A stretch of 64,000 nt of DNA from a virus, in IMG/VR virus record IMGVR_UViG_3300044658_000141, positions 1 through 64,000 of that record; one strand, given 5' to 3'. Below the pieces are notes generated by a model. The model searched no databases, was not told the origin of the DNA, and saw only the letters and a program-made list of their open reading frames with translations. Numbering within the stretch: position 1 is the stretch's first letter; each line of letters starts with the position of its first letter. Positions 8,360 through 17,603 of the stretch are shown here, in pieces. The position numbers and the translations under genes were made by a program.

Positions 8360-9274
8360 ATGGGATTCAAGAAAGCAACTAAATTCGAGAGCAAACTTCG
8401 TCTAGCCATTGCCGGGCCTGCCGGGTCAGGGAAAACATGGACAGCACTTACTTTAGCAACTGGTTTGTCCGATGGTAACGGAATAGCATTGATCGATACA
8501 GAGCATGGTAGCGCGTCCAAGTACGCAGACTCCTTCGATTTCGATACAATGGAGCTAACAAACTTTCATCCTCAGAAATATATTGATGCTATCCATGAAG
8601 CAGAGGCTGCAGGTTACGCAGTGCTGGTGATTGATAGTCTGTCCCACGCTTGGACCGGAACAGGCGGTGTGCTGGAAGAGAAAGACAAGATTGCTAAACA
8701 AAAGTACGGCGGCAATACATTTTCAGCCTGGAATGATGCCACGCAGTTGCAGAACAAGCTGGTTAATACCATCCTCGGCTCAAAGCTGCACATCATTTGT
8801 ACGGTACGCTCCAAGATGGATTATGTACTGGAGAAAGATGAGCGCACCGGCAAGCAGACACCTCGTAAGGTCGGCATGGCTCCTGTCCAGCGTGACGACC
8901 TAGCATATGAATTTGATCTCTTTGCCAACATGGAGATTGATAATACTTTCATCGTCGATAAAAGCCGCTGCCCTCAACTTTCCGGCGCTGTTATTCCCAA
9001 GCCTGATATATCGGTGGCTGAGATCCTGAAAGCGTGGTTGCAGGGTGCTCCAATGCCTCCACGAATTGTTTCATCTGAGAGACTGAATGCCCTCTACAGT
9101 CGTGGGCGGAAGTTGGGCAATCTCTATACCAACATCGAAGAGTTTGCCACCTTCATCCAGTTTGAGTTAGGGCTTGATGTCCCCATCTATCCAAAAGACA
9201 TGACTGAGGACCAGGCCAGTGATATAGAGGCTCGTATAGCAGATTGTGAGCGTCAGGCTCAAAAAGCGTCGTAG
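8360..9274 (+). CDS. AAA_24/Sak4-like phage ATPase (recombination)
   Basis: Walker A GPAGSGKT, IDTE, Walker B LVIDSLSH, YEFD. Confidence 0.85.
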   Translation: MGFKKATKFESKLRLAIAGPAGSGKTWTALTLATGLSDGNGIALIDTEHGSASKYADSFDFDTMELTNFHPQKYIDAIHEAEAAGYAVLVIDSLSHAWTGTGGVLEEKDKIAKQKYGGNTFSAWNDATQLQNKLVNTILGSKLHIICTVRSKMDYVLEKDERTGKQTPRKVGMAPVQRDDLAYEFDLFANMEIDNTFIVDKSRCPQLSGAVIPKPDISVAEILKAWLQGAPMPPRIVSSERLNALYSRGRKLGNLYTNIEEFATFIQFELGLDVPIYPKDMTEDQASDIEARIADCERQAQKAS

Positions 9275-9494
9275 TTGTAGAGCAGGGCTGGCCGGTTTGC
9301 TGGTCGGCTCTGCTGAAAGGATAGATTGTGGACAGAGTTCTAGAGCAGTATCTTCTCTTAATGTGTGATTGCCCCTGGCATTGCGCGTTGAGGAAGTATG
9401 TTTTCGTTAATTATTATTGGCATCACCTAACGTATCATAGACGGGACGCAGAGAAGAGGGCCACGTTAAAGGCGTGGAGTGGGAGATAGCAAGG

Positions 9495-9890
9495 ATGAGA
9501 CATATACAACCAATCTCAGGCAAAGATTCTCTAGCAACAGCTATCGTCCAAAAGAGAAGACAACCGGAATTAAGCTATGAATATCTCTACAATCCAACAG
9601 GAATGGACTTGCCAGAAGTTGACACATGGCTTTCTCTGGTCGAGTCTTACCTCGGCGCTCCAATTCATCGGGTGGGTGATGACCTGGAAGCCATCATGTA
9701 CGAGCAAAAGATACTACCAGCACACAAAGCCAGATACTGCACACGTCTCTCAAAGATTATCCCGATGGAAGAGTGGATCGGAACAGAGCCAGCAATGGTC
9801 TATTATGGCATTCGCGCTGATGAGAGACGTGTGGATGATGAGCCAGATTATCTGTCAGTGGTTCCCTGTGGACTATTCTGTGGAAAGTGA
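9495..9890 (+). pseudogene. PAPS-reductase-family protein, internally deleted
   Basis: SGKDS PP-loop, RYCT..K..P, YGIRADE joined almost directly to terminal CGLFCGK. Confidence 0.65.
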
Positions 9891-9977
9891 GCAAGGCGGC
9901 ATGATCTTCTTGTAGTTACCGCTTTTCACTGCCCTGGCAAGAATGTCCTGATGGATAATATCTTCTGGTAATGTTGG

Positions 9978-10014
9978 GCCCTACGTAGAAAGATCGACTA
10001 CGTAGGGCTATTTT
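9978..10014 (+). terminator. Terminator hairpin
   Basis: GCCCTACGTAG-loop-CTACGTAGGGC followed by TATTTT. Confidence 0.65.
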
Positions 10015-10253
10015 GTTACCTGAGACATTGCACTTATCCTGCCAAATCGATGCATACGAATTTTTAGAGAATATAACTACTAAACAGCAAATTGACGGTT
10101 AAAGAATTTTAGTGTATACTCTGTTACTTTTTGCAGGTAGGTTGTTCTTTTGACGTGTCGTATAGTTGTAATTACTAAGTTGTTGTGGTAAAATAGTGTG
10201 AAGAAAAGAGTAATTAAAGAGCAATTATCTTTCTCAAACAAAAGTTCTATAAG

Positions 10254-10721
10254 ATGGAGACACGAATGTTAGATGAAAGTCAGTTAACGGAAAAGCTGTG
10301 TACCAAGTGTGGAGATGTAAAGCCTATCAAGAAGTTCAGAAGGAAGTATGATGCCTACGGTATTACGAACTATTATGAGTCTCATTGTACTGATTGTCGT
10401 AATGCTTATGTTCGTGGTAGGTATGACTACGACAAGGAAAGAGATAAACAACTCCGGCAGAACTATGGCATTTCCCTGGATGAATACAATGAGCTATTCA
10501 AGGCTCAAAATGGAGTTTGTGCTGTGTGCGGTTGTCCTGAGACGCGCAGACCGGGCCGTCGTAAACGCACTGAAGATTACATCCCCATGTTACACGTCGA
10601 CCATGATCACAAAACAGGGAAAATTAGAGGGTTATTGTGTAGTGAGTGTAATACAGCGTTAGGATCGTTACATGATGACCCTAATCGAATAAAAGCACTA
10701 TTAAAGTACATTGAACATTAA
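10254..10721 (+). CDS. Endonuclease VII-family (His-Me finger) nuclease
   Basis: YGISLDEY..QNGVCAVC..HVDHDH..G.IRGLLC..CN..LG. Confidence 0.9.
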   Translation: METRMLDESQLTEKLCTKCGDVKPIKKFRRKYDAYGITNYYESHCTDCRNAYVRGRYDYDKERDKQLRQNYGISLDEYNELFKAQNGVCAVCGCPETRRPGRRKRTEDYIPMLHVDHDHKTGKIRGLLCSECNTALGSLHDDPNRIKALLKYIEH

Positions 10722-10730
10722 GGAGAGGAT

Positions 10731-11105
10731 TTGATGCCAAGGAAAGAGATTGTCATAGTTCGCAACTCAGAAGACCCAGACTTTTATATTGACTATAAAG
10801 ATGAAATTCTTCTCGCGGAAGGAGATAAGACAGAAGATTCAATACCACTCAAGCTACTGGCCGACTTTTGCGACCAATATGCAGAGTCTCGCAATAATCA
10901 TGATTTTTGTGGAACACATCGTTTATTGGCAGTCATCTTGCTTAAACATGTTGGAGAAGATAAGGCAACCTCTATCATGAGGGAGATTGCTGAATATGGT
11001 GGATTGGATGGGATAAGCGGCGTACAACATGCATCTGCATTCAAAGACTTTGGCATCAAGGGTTGTTGGAGTGATTGGGATTTGCCTGCAACTGTGGAGG
11101 AATAA
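10731..11105 (+). CDS. Hypothetical protein
   Basis: AAGGAG RBS; operonic position. Confidence 0.6.
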   Translation: MMPRKEIVIVRNSEDPDFYIDYKDEILLAEGDKTEDSIPLKLLADFCDQYAESRNNHDFCGTHRLLAVILLKHVGEDKATSIMREIAEYGGLDGISGVQHASAFKDFGIKGCWSDWDLPATVEE

Positions 11106-11108
11106 AAT

Positions 11109-12014
11109 ATGGAAGAATTAGTTCCTTTGTCATTAGGATTTGACACTGCTATCCTGACAGGCAGTATTGCTGAATCCTCGATGAAAATGTATCAACGAGA
11201 TTTTAAAGCATATCTTGATTATGCCGTTACTCCTGAGATAGCAATGCAGCCCTCTACTCTGGCCAGATGGCGAACGCATCTCTCAGCCAACACGGATTTT
11301 TCACCCAATACCATCAATCGCATGATGAGTGCTGTAAAGCGATTGATGGATGAAGCCGAGACACAAGGGTATGTGCCGAGAGGAACAAGTGAGGATTTTA
11401 AACGCGTTCACGGTGTAAAAGTAGAGGCCCTGAAGAGTCGCCAGAAAGAACATAGCCGTGTGCGTATCTCTCCAGATGAAATGCGTATGCTTACAAGCCT
11501 TCCCGATCCGCTTACGTTGGTAGGTATTCGTGATAGAGCCATGTTGCACACATTAGCTAGCTCTGGCCTGCGCATCCATGAATTGGCTACACTCAAAAGG
11601 TCTCAGGTGGTTTCTGTGGATGGAGGGCATCAGTTAAAAGTGATAGGCAAAAATGATAAGTCTTATCGTGATGCACCCCTATCAGATGAAGCCTATGAGG
11701 ATATTAAAGAGTGGCTGGCTCGACGGTCTATTGCTTCAGACTATCTCTTCACCAGCTTTCAAGGGAAAAGTGGGCAGATGAAAGCCGAGCCTCTGACATC
11801 GGTCTCCATCTGGCGTATTGTCAAGGCATACGCTGATCAATGTGGATTGGAGCATATTAAACCTCATGATTTCCGTAGATTTGTTGGCACACGGTTAGCA
11901 AAAACAAACCCTCGCGCTGCACAGAAAGCACTGGGACACAAGAAAATCGGTACAACAATGGATAACTATGTGCTTGATGATCTGGAAGTTGGTATCACGA
12001 ATAATTTGTACTAG
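11109..12014 (+). CDS. Tyrosine recombinase (XerC/D-like integrase or resolvase)
   Basis: RDRAML..SGLR, K, PHDFRR, LGH, NY catalytic set. Confidence 0.92.
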   Translation: MEELVPLSLGFDTAILTGSIAESSMKMYQRDFKAYLDYAVTPEIAMQPSTLARWRTHLSANTDFSPNTINRMMSAVKRLMDEAETQGYVPRGTSEDFKRVHGVKVEALKSRQKEHSRVRISPDEMRMLTSLPDPLTLVGIRDRAMLHTLASSGLRIHELATLKRSQVVSVDGGHQLKVIGKNDKSYRDAPLSDEAYEDIKEWLARRSIASDYLFTSFQGKSGQMKAEPLTSVSIWRIVKAYADQCGLEHIKPHDFRRFVGTRLAKTNPRAAQKALGHKKIGTTMDNYVLDDLEVGITNNLY

Positions 12015-12034
12015 TCTTATGAGAGGTAACCATC

Positions 12035-12448
12035 ATGTTTGTTACAACTGATACAGGGCAAGTATCTCCTATAGCGATATTGGAAAGATTCTATAGAAGT
12101 GTTTATGGTGACACGATATGGATTAGCGTATTAGATACTAACAAACAAGTTATCATTGAACCATTCATTCCTGCTACAGACGAAATAAAACAGGTGGATG
12201 CATTGGTGAAATCTCTAGATTTGCTAGACTTTGTTCATAGTATGGATGGTTTGCTTTTTCTGAAGTGGCAGGGGGCAACATTGTTTGTTGGTAAGGTGTC
12301 CGAAGTGAGCCAGATGTCTCTATCACGTTTTCGAGAGGTTATCTATGATCTGACTGGAGATATCCAGTTCTTGAAAGCAATAAAGGGACAGAACAAGAAA
12401 CCGAGGGATAAGGGCAATTTACAATTTACACAATTGCCAATGTTTTGA
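12035..12448 (+). CDS. Hypothetical protein
   Basis: GAGG RBS; 137 aa. Confidence 0.6.
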   Translation: MFVTTDTGQVSPIAILERFYRSVYGDTIWISVLDTNKQVIIEPFIPATDEIKQVDALVKSLDLLDFVHSMDGLLFLKWQGATLFVGKVSEVSQMSLSRFREVIYDLTGDIQFLKAIKGQNKKPRDKGNLQFTQLPMF

Positions 12449-12548
12449 TCAAGGTGTTACAAGATGCCGGTGGTTGGAATAGTATTGCTATGCCGATGCG
12501 CTATGCGGCGTCACAAGTTATAGCAAATCAAGGTGTTATCCTTGGGAA

Positions 12549-12992
12549 ATGATTGAAAGGGAACCTATGGATAGAGACACACTTCTCTCACTCCTCATGA
12601 CCAGTGCCCTCGAACTCTGGTCTCGCACCCTCGACGGTGGGCGCTCCGCATCGACTGAAGCCATGTACCTTGTGCTCAGTAACCCACGTCCCGGCGATCT
12701 GGTGCTTGAAATAACGACACGCCGCCACGATGGCTTTGGCAGATTACTTAGGATTGTTGAAGAGCCCTGGCAAGGCGAATGGAACGAGAAGCAGGACGGG
12801 CCACGCCCAAAATGTGAATATTGGTTTATTGAGACGGTAGACGGTTATGAGCAGCGCTGGTCCAACTGTCGATTCATTCGCGTTCTCGAGCGCCACATTG
12901 ATCCTGTTGATGAAGCTCGAGAACGTGGGCTCATCACGCCAGAACTGGATAGACGGTTACAGTTAACGGCCCAGAAAGCCCCGCGTCTTTAG
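12549..12992 (+). CDS. Hypothetical protein, ends in an IS-end hairpin
   Basis: ORF track. Confidence 0.55.
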   Translation: MIEREPMDRDTLLSLLMTSALELWSRTLDGGRSASTEAMYLVLSNPRPGDLVLEITTRRHDGFGRLLRIVEEPWQGEWNEKQDGPRPKCEYWFIETVDGYEQRWSNCRFIRVLERHIDPVDEARERGLITPELDRRLQLTAQKAPRL

Positions 12993-13018
12993 ACCGGGGA
13001 TGAATGGGCCGTTAACTG
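12960..13018. repeat. Orphan IS200/IS605 left-end-like palindrome between convergent genes
   Basis: CAGTTAACGGCCCA-GAAAGCCCCGCGTCTTTAGACCGGGGATGAA-TGGGCCGTTAACTG. Confidence 0.7.
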
Positions 13019-13041
13019 TAATGCGATATGCTGAGCGGGCT

Positions 13042-13713
13042 CTACAAGTCTCGCTCTTTTCTTTGTTCTTCTTTAACCTCTTCCATCCCCTGCAATGCAT
13101 GACGCGTAAATAGTGTGTATTTCAGCAAAATTGTCACTCCTGCACAACCAATAATTGCCAATTTGATGATGACCAACTGGACCTTGCGTGCCTCAGCATC
13201 AGCCTGCAACAACGAAATCACCTGGTACATCTCATTGATGTATAGCCTCTCGTGCTGTAGCACAATCTCAACTTGGACTATATCAGGCTTTGCGGCGTCA
13301 GGAGTAGCAAGCAGATGATTGACCGCAGTAACAATGGCCAGATAATCTGATTGTGAGGCTAGTAGCGCCACCTGCACACTATCCGGTGGATTGCCGGGCA
13401 AGTCTAATGCGACATTGCCTTTCAGGAGCCCGACCTGCACTGATTGAAATTGAGGTAGCACCGTTTGCAGTTCACTGACAGCCTGCGAATGATATGTCGC
13501 TGGGCGGTAGGCTAGGATCATTACATCTTTGGATATAAATTCGTCTCGTGCCAATTGAAAATTAGCCTGCTGCATAATCACAAGATCGTCGTTGCCAGAG
13601 ACGAGAGGCAGGATGTCAAATGCAGCAAGAGAGAGGAGGAGGAATATGGTGAGCACGAGAGCCCCAATCATGTACATTCGTAGTGTTCTTGCACGCACAA
13701 CATACCCTCTCAT
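13042..13713 (-). CDS. Two-TM membrane protein with helical extracytoplasmic domain
   Basis: Hydrophobic helices at both ends; adjacent to holin-like gene. Confidence 0.65.
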   Translation of the reverse strand: MRGYVVRARTLRMYMIGALVLTIFLLLSLAAFDILPLVSGNDDLVIMQQANFQLARDEFISKDVMILAYRPATYHSQAVSELQTVLPQFQSVQVGLLKGNVALDLPGNPPDSVQVALLASQSDYLAIVTAVNHLLATPDAAKPDIVQVEIVLQHERLYINEMYQVISLLQADAEARKVQLVIIKLAIIGCAGVTILLKYTLFTRHALQGMEEVKEEQRKERDL

Positions 13714-14079
13714 TCATTTAAACCAATGAGTTGCATAATTCACGAGAACTAAACTAACAATCGTAATAATAACCGAAATTGCACCCCAGAGGACCTTGAT
13801 CTGCAATTCGTCTTGGCGTTTGTTCTGAGCTGCGTCTCTTCTTTGTGCCTCTAGCTCGGAGTCAGATATTTTGTTGCTCAGACTGGTCAGTTCCGTCTTA
13901 GCCAGCGAGAGTTCACGCTCAATACGCGCTACCGTATCTGAGATATTGCGCAAATGTAACTCATTCTCTGATGACCTTACATATTGTTGCAGTTGTTGTT
14001 GCAAATCACGAAACAGCCTTTCTAACGTTTCTACACGGTAGATCAACGTTGCCTGATCTTGTGATGATGGTTGTTGCAT
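13714..14079 (-). CDS. Holin-like (XhlA-type coiled coil plus C-terminal TM)
   Basis: Coiled coil then VLWGAISVIITIVSLVLV; follows the tail spikes. Confidence 0.55.
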   Translation of the reverse strand: MQQPSSQDQATLIYRVETLERLFRDLQQQLQQYVRSSENELHLRNISDTVARIERELSLAKTELTSLSNKISDSELEAQRRDAAQNKRQDELQIKVLWGAISVIITIVSLVLVNYATHWFK

Positions 14080-14132
14080 AGTAACCCTATTCCAGACTTA
14101 TTTGTCGTTGTTGCTCGTTACTATACACAGAA

Positions 14133-16061
14133 TTAGTACGTAGCACCTGAGTACAGATTTTTCCATCCGTTTCCTGTTCCTCCAGTATGATAGATGCAAA
14201 TGCCTGTACCACAAGAAAGCGAACCGTTGTTGTTGCTCACCATATCCTGATCTGTTGGCGTGAGTGTGGAAAGGTCGGCCAGCATTTCGGGATGATTGAT
14301 TCTCACTGTTTGTGTTCCATCTCGGGAAAAGCACGTTTTATTGCCTGGGTTAATAAAGCCTTTACCGCGCACTGTTAAATTTGAGCCTGCTGTTGTACAG
14401 GCAATCAATACGCTCTGATTTGAACTGATCACATTGAGATTTGAAATGCTTATATCGGCTGCACAAGCGATAAGTTGTGCAAGTTGATACGCACTATCAA
14501 GCGTGACGTTATTCATGAGCGCCTGAATGCTTGACGGCGAATTTTTGTGGAGAAGGACAATACCGCCATTGTTCAGATAGATATTATTGAATGACACGAC
14601 CTTCAGAGATCCCTTATTGCTCAGAACAGGATTTTGCGCTGTTGTTGTGAAATATGCAATAACGTTTGATATTGCAATAGATTTTATAGAAGCAGATGTA
14701 TCACAGGAAACAACGGCATTTGTTAGTACGGATGTATTCGGACAAGAAACGTTCTGTACTATCAAGTTGTTAAGCGTTCCGTTTACGTATACAGCATTTA
14801 TTCCCGTGCCTGCCTCTATTTGTATGCCGTCTACTATCAGTGTGCCGAGCGTCGAACCAGAGGCAAAATAGATTGCCTGTGTTGGAGAACCTGTACCACG
14901 CCAAACAATATTTCTACAGGTAATGGTACCAGTGCTGTTGTTACAGTAAATGTAAACCAGGGGAATGCTATTTCCAGCGATTGTGCAATCAATATCATCA
15001 ATCAGGACATTGGACATGTTGCTGTCGCTATTCGGAGTCACATAGTCCTGAATATGCACTCCACCGCTAACAACCGTACCGTGCACACCGCGCACCGTCA
15101 GCGAGCGTACTGTTGTTCCTGAATCTGCATGTGATTTGTAAGCGGCCTGGCCAACCTGATTTGGAAAAAGATTTGTGACCGTAATATCGCTCTGATTGCC
15201 AGCTGCACTATCAATTGAAATCGTGTGAAACGAGCAAAAATCGTCTCCTGTGGTGCCATACACTCCGTCAACATTTATCCACTGTGCCGGTCCATCAATA
15301 CAAACGCCATCTGTATTGAGGACAGTGTTAGGTCCGTTGAGAGTAATATTCTTGATTGAGACATTTGTTACATCAACTAATGCAAGATTGTATGATTTAA
15401 GTGTCCCATAGACAAAAGTAGTGTCATGTACATATAGATTATCGGTATGACGAAGATTGGTAGTATTTGTGGCGACGGTTGCACTCGTAGCGTTGCCATT
15501 ATTTCCCCTATTCCACGTTCCACCGGCTATCTCGATATTTGTATCCCTTGTAAAAATTGAGCAGGCAGCTCCGCTCACTGTAGCAGTTGCTGCTGTGTTT
15601 AGAACTACAGTGGTGCTATTGGTCACGCTAGCAATAGTTGTGCAGAGATTGTTGCTGCTTTGCCACGCACCGGTAACGACGACCGTGCGCCCTACATCAG
15701 TGCTCGTAAAATTGGCGGTGTTTGATGTCAGAGTGGTCGAGGCATTTGTGATCGCGGCATCAGACACGCTGCGCTGTGGCGTTACTGCCGTATTTTGCAG
15801 CATATTGCAATTGGCATTAGCAGCCAGCGTTATGGTGGCATTTCTGCTCAAAATTAAGGATGTATAGCTCGATATGATCAGAGGCGCGCTGATGAGATAA
15901 GTTCCAGCAGGCACAAAGACATTGCCGCCTCCTGCATTTTTTGCCGCTGTGAGAGGCGCCTGGAGCGCAGTGGTATCGTCTGTTGTACCATTGCCTGTTG
16001 CGCCATAATCTTTGGCATTATAAGAAGTGAGATTTCTCTGTACAGTCAGTTGATATGGCAT
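14133..16061 (-). CDS. Tail spike, pectate-lyase-3/GH28-like beta-helix
   Basis: NAKDYGATGNGTTDDT..GGGNVFVPAGTY; NTDG and TGDD motifs. Confidence 0.85.
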   Translation of the reverse strand: MPYQLTVQRNLTSYNAKDYGATGNGTTDDTTALQAPLTAAKNAGGGNVFVPAGTYLISAPLIISSYTSLILSRNATITLAANANCNMLQNTAVTPQRSVSDAAITNASTTLTSNTANFTSTDVGRTVVVTGAWQSSNNLCTTIASVTNSTTVVLNTAATATVSGAACSIFTRDTNIEIAGGTWNRGNNGNATSATVATNTTNLRHTDNLYVHDTTFVYGTLKSYNLALVDVTNVSIKNITLNGPNTVLNTDGVCIDGPAQWINVDGVYGTTGDDFCSFHTISIDSAAGNQSDITVTNLFPNQVGQAAYKSHADSGTTVRSLTVRGVHGTVVSGGVHIQDYVTPNSDSNMSNVLIDDIDCTIAGNSIPLVYIYCNNSTGTITCRNIVWRGTGSPTQAIYFASGSTLGTLIVDGIQIEAGTGINAVYVNGTLNNLIVQNVSCPNTSVLTNAVVSCDTSASIKSIAISNVIAYFTTTAQNPVLSNKGSLKVVSFNNIYLNNGGIVLLHKNSPSSIQALMNNVTLDSAYQLAQLIACAADISISNLNVISSNQSVLIACTTAGSNLTVRGKGFINPGNKTCFSRDGTQTVRINHPEMLADLSTLTPTDQDMVSNNNGSLSCGTGICIYHTGGTGNGWKNLYSGATY

Positions 16062-17530
16062 TATAATGCTCCAAGAACTACGATATTTCCGCTTGAAGTC
16101 CCGTTAATGCTTTGTGCTGTACTTGTGTACAGATGCAACACTGTGCATTTCTTCGGGTAAACTAATGTTGCACCTGGCACAAGTAAAAATGAGCCAGCAG
16201 AGGCGGCGGTATCGAAGGCATAGTTTAGATTCACGCTGGTGTTGTTCTGAATGATCACTCGGTTGACCTGGCTGCTGAAGGTGTAGGACGTATCACTGCC
16301 CGCGTTGGTCTGAGCTGGCGGGGAGGATGCGGTAACATACCCCGATTGTTCAATGTCCTGGGATGGTACCGGGTTGGTGTTTGAGAGCGCCGTGCCATTT
16401 ACCTGCGTTAGATTTTGCGTCCAAGGTCCGCTAGCCTGTGTCACGGCTCCGATGGTATTTGTACCAGCAGGGATAGAGGAGAGGAGTCCGACCTCTGAAA
16501 CGCCAGCCCCACCGCGCAATGTTACCGCTATGGTTTCCGTGCTATTTAAGACGGAACAGCGGATGCGCACATGGGAAACGCCCGCCACGTTGCCGGTTAG
16601 TTCCAAAGGTCCAGGGCCGACAACGCTAGAGACAGTGGTGGTTCCACCTGCCACCTTGAATGAAGCGCTATACCACGTAGTCCCGCCATCCGGGCTTTTA
16701 TCTGCGACAATTGTGGTGCTACCAGTAAAGCCACCACCACCTGCGAGCAATTGGGCCTTCCAGGTACTTTGCCCCTGGGCGACTGCAAGCGTCACCGTGG
16801 CGTTGGATACAGGCGTATTGATTGAGGGTTGGGCAGCGCTAATGGTTCCAGTAGTAGTAAGGTCCGTTTGTTGTACACCAAGTGTTGCAGCAAGTTGAAT
16901 TGCTAGCTTTTTCAAGATGGCTATTTCCGTGCCGTTGCCAGAGCCTGACCAAGTTACATCTGTAGTTGCTCCTTGCGCTACGTTTGCTCCATCGGCAATC
17001 GTAACCGCTCCCCCTCCTCCTGCGCTGCTGCCAGTGCCACTTAACGGCACCGCGTGTGCCGTCACGGTCACATTACCAGATGTATACGATGTGATATGAG
17101 CACGCACTTGCTGTAGTCCAACGCATTCAGCAATAAAAATCCCGGTCGCTGTTGTTGTTGTTGCCGGTGTAGTAGATCCATAGGACGTAGCTAAAATCGG
17201 GAAGAAATTTAAGCCATCCTCCGAACCTTCCCAGGTGATAATTGCTGAGAACGTACCAGTCACAGTAAAGGCGACGGTTCCCATTCCAAGTGTGGAAAGC
17301 GTTGTTCCGGTACCTGTAGCTGTAGCTCCATTTTGTAATGTTGCAGAGGTTGATCCTGTCGCCTGTGTCGTCGTAAGCAAAACGCTCACAGGTACAGTGC
17401 TCCCAATTGGACGAGTGGCAACGACTGTCAACGTAGAAGTATCAATGTCTACTGCTGTGCCTGCGGCAAATGTACCTGGTACATTTGGAATACTCCCAGA
17501 TTGATAGAAATAATATGTTTGAATACTCAT
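16061..17530 (-). CDS. Virion structural/decoration protein
   Basis: Thr/Gly/Ser-rich beta domains; shares modules with 31770-34037 and 36449-37327. Confidence 0.7.
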   Translation of the reverse strand: MSIQTYYFYQSGSIPNVPGTFAAGTAVDIDTSTLTVVATRPIGSTVPVSVLLTTTQATGSTSATLQNGATATGTGTTLSTLGMGTVAFTVTGTFSAIITWEGSEDGLNFFPILATSYGSTTPATTTTATGIFIAECVGLQQVRAHITSYTSGNVTVTAHAVPLSGTGSSAGGGGAVTIADGANVAQGATTDVTWSGSGNGTEIAILKKLAIQLAATLGVQQTDLTTTGTISAAQPSINTPVSNATVTLAVAQGQSTWKAQLLAGGGGFTGSTTIVADKSPDGGTTWYSASFKVAGGTTTVSSVVGPGPLELTGNVAGVSHVRIRCSVLNSTETIAVTLRGGAGVSEVGLLSSIPAGTNTIGAVTQASGPWTQNLTQVNGTALSNTNPVPSQDIEQSGYVTASSPPAQTNAGSDTSYTFSSQVNRVIIQNNTSVNLNYAFDTAASAGSFLLVPGATLVYPKKCTVLHLYTSTAQSINGTSSGNIVVLGAL

Positions 17531-17603
17531 AAAAACCTCTCAGGCTGGTTAGGTTGGGTGGTTTCTTTCTCCGCTCACGGAAGCGGTCTGGTGACTGAGA
17601 ATC

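Noticed and set aside
11109-12548. attP/attL site next to the recombinase
   Set aside because: No repeat, tRNA fragment or phage-host boundary visible; phage genes continue on both sides
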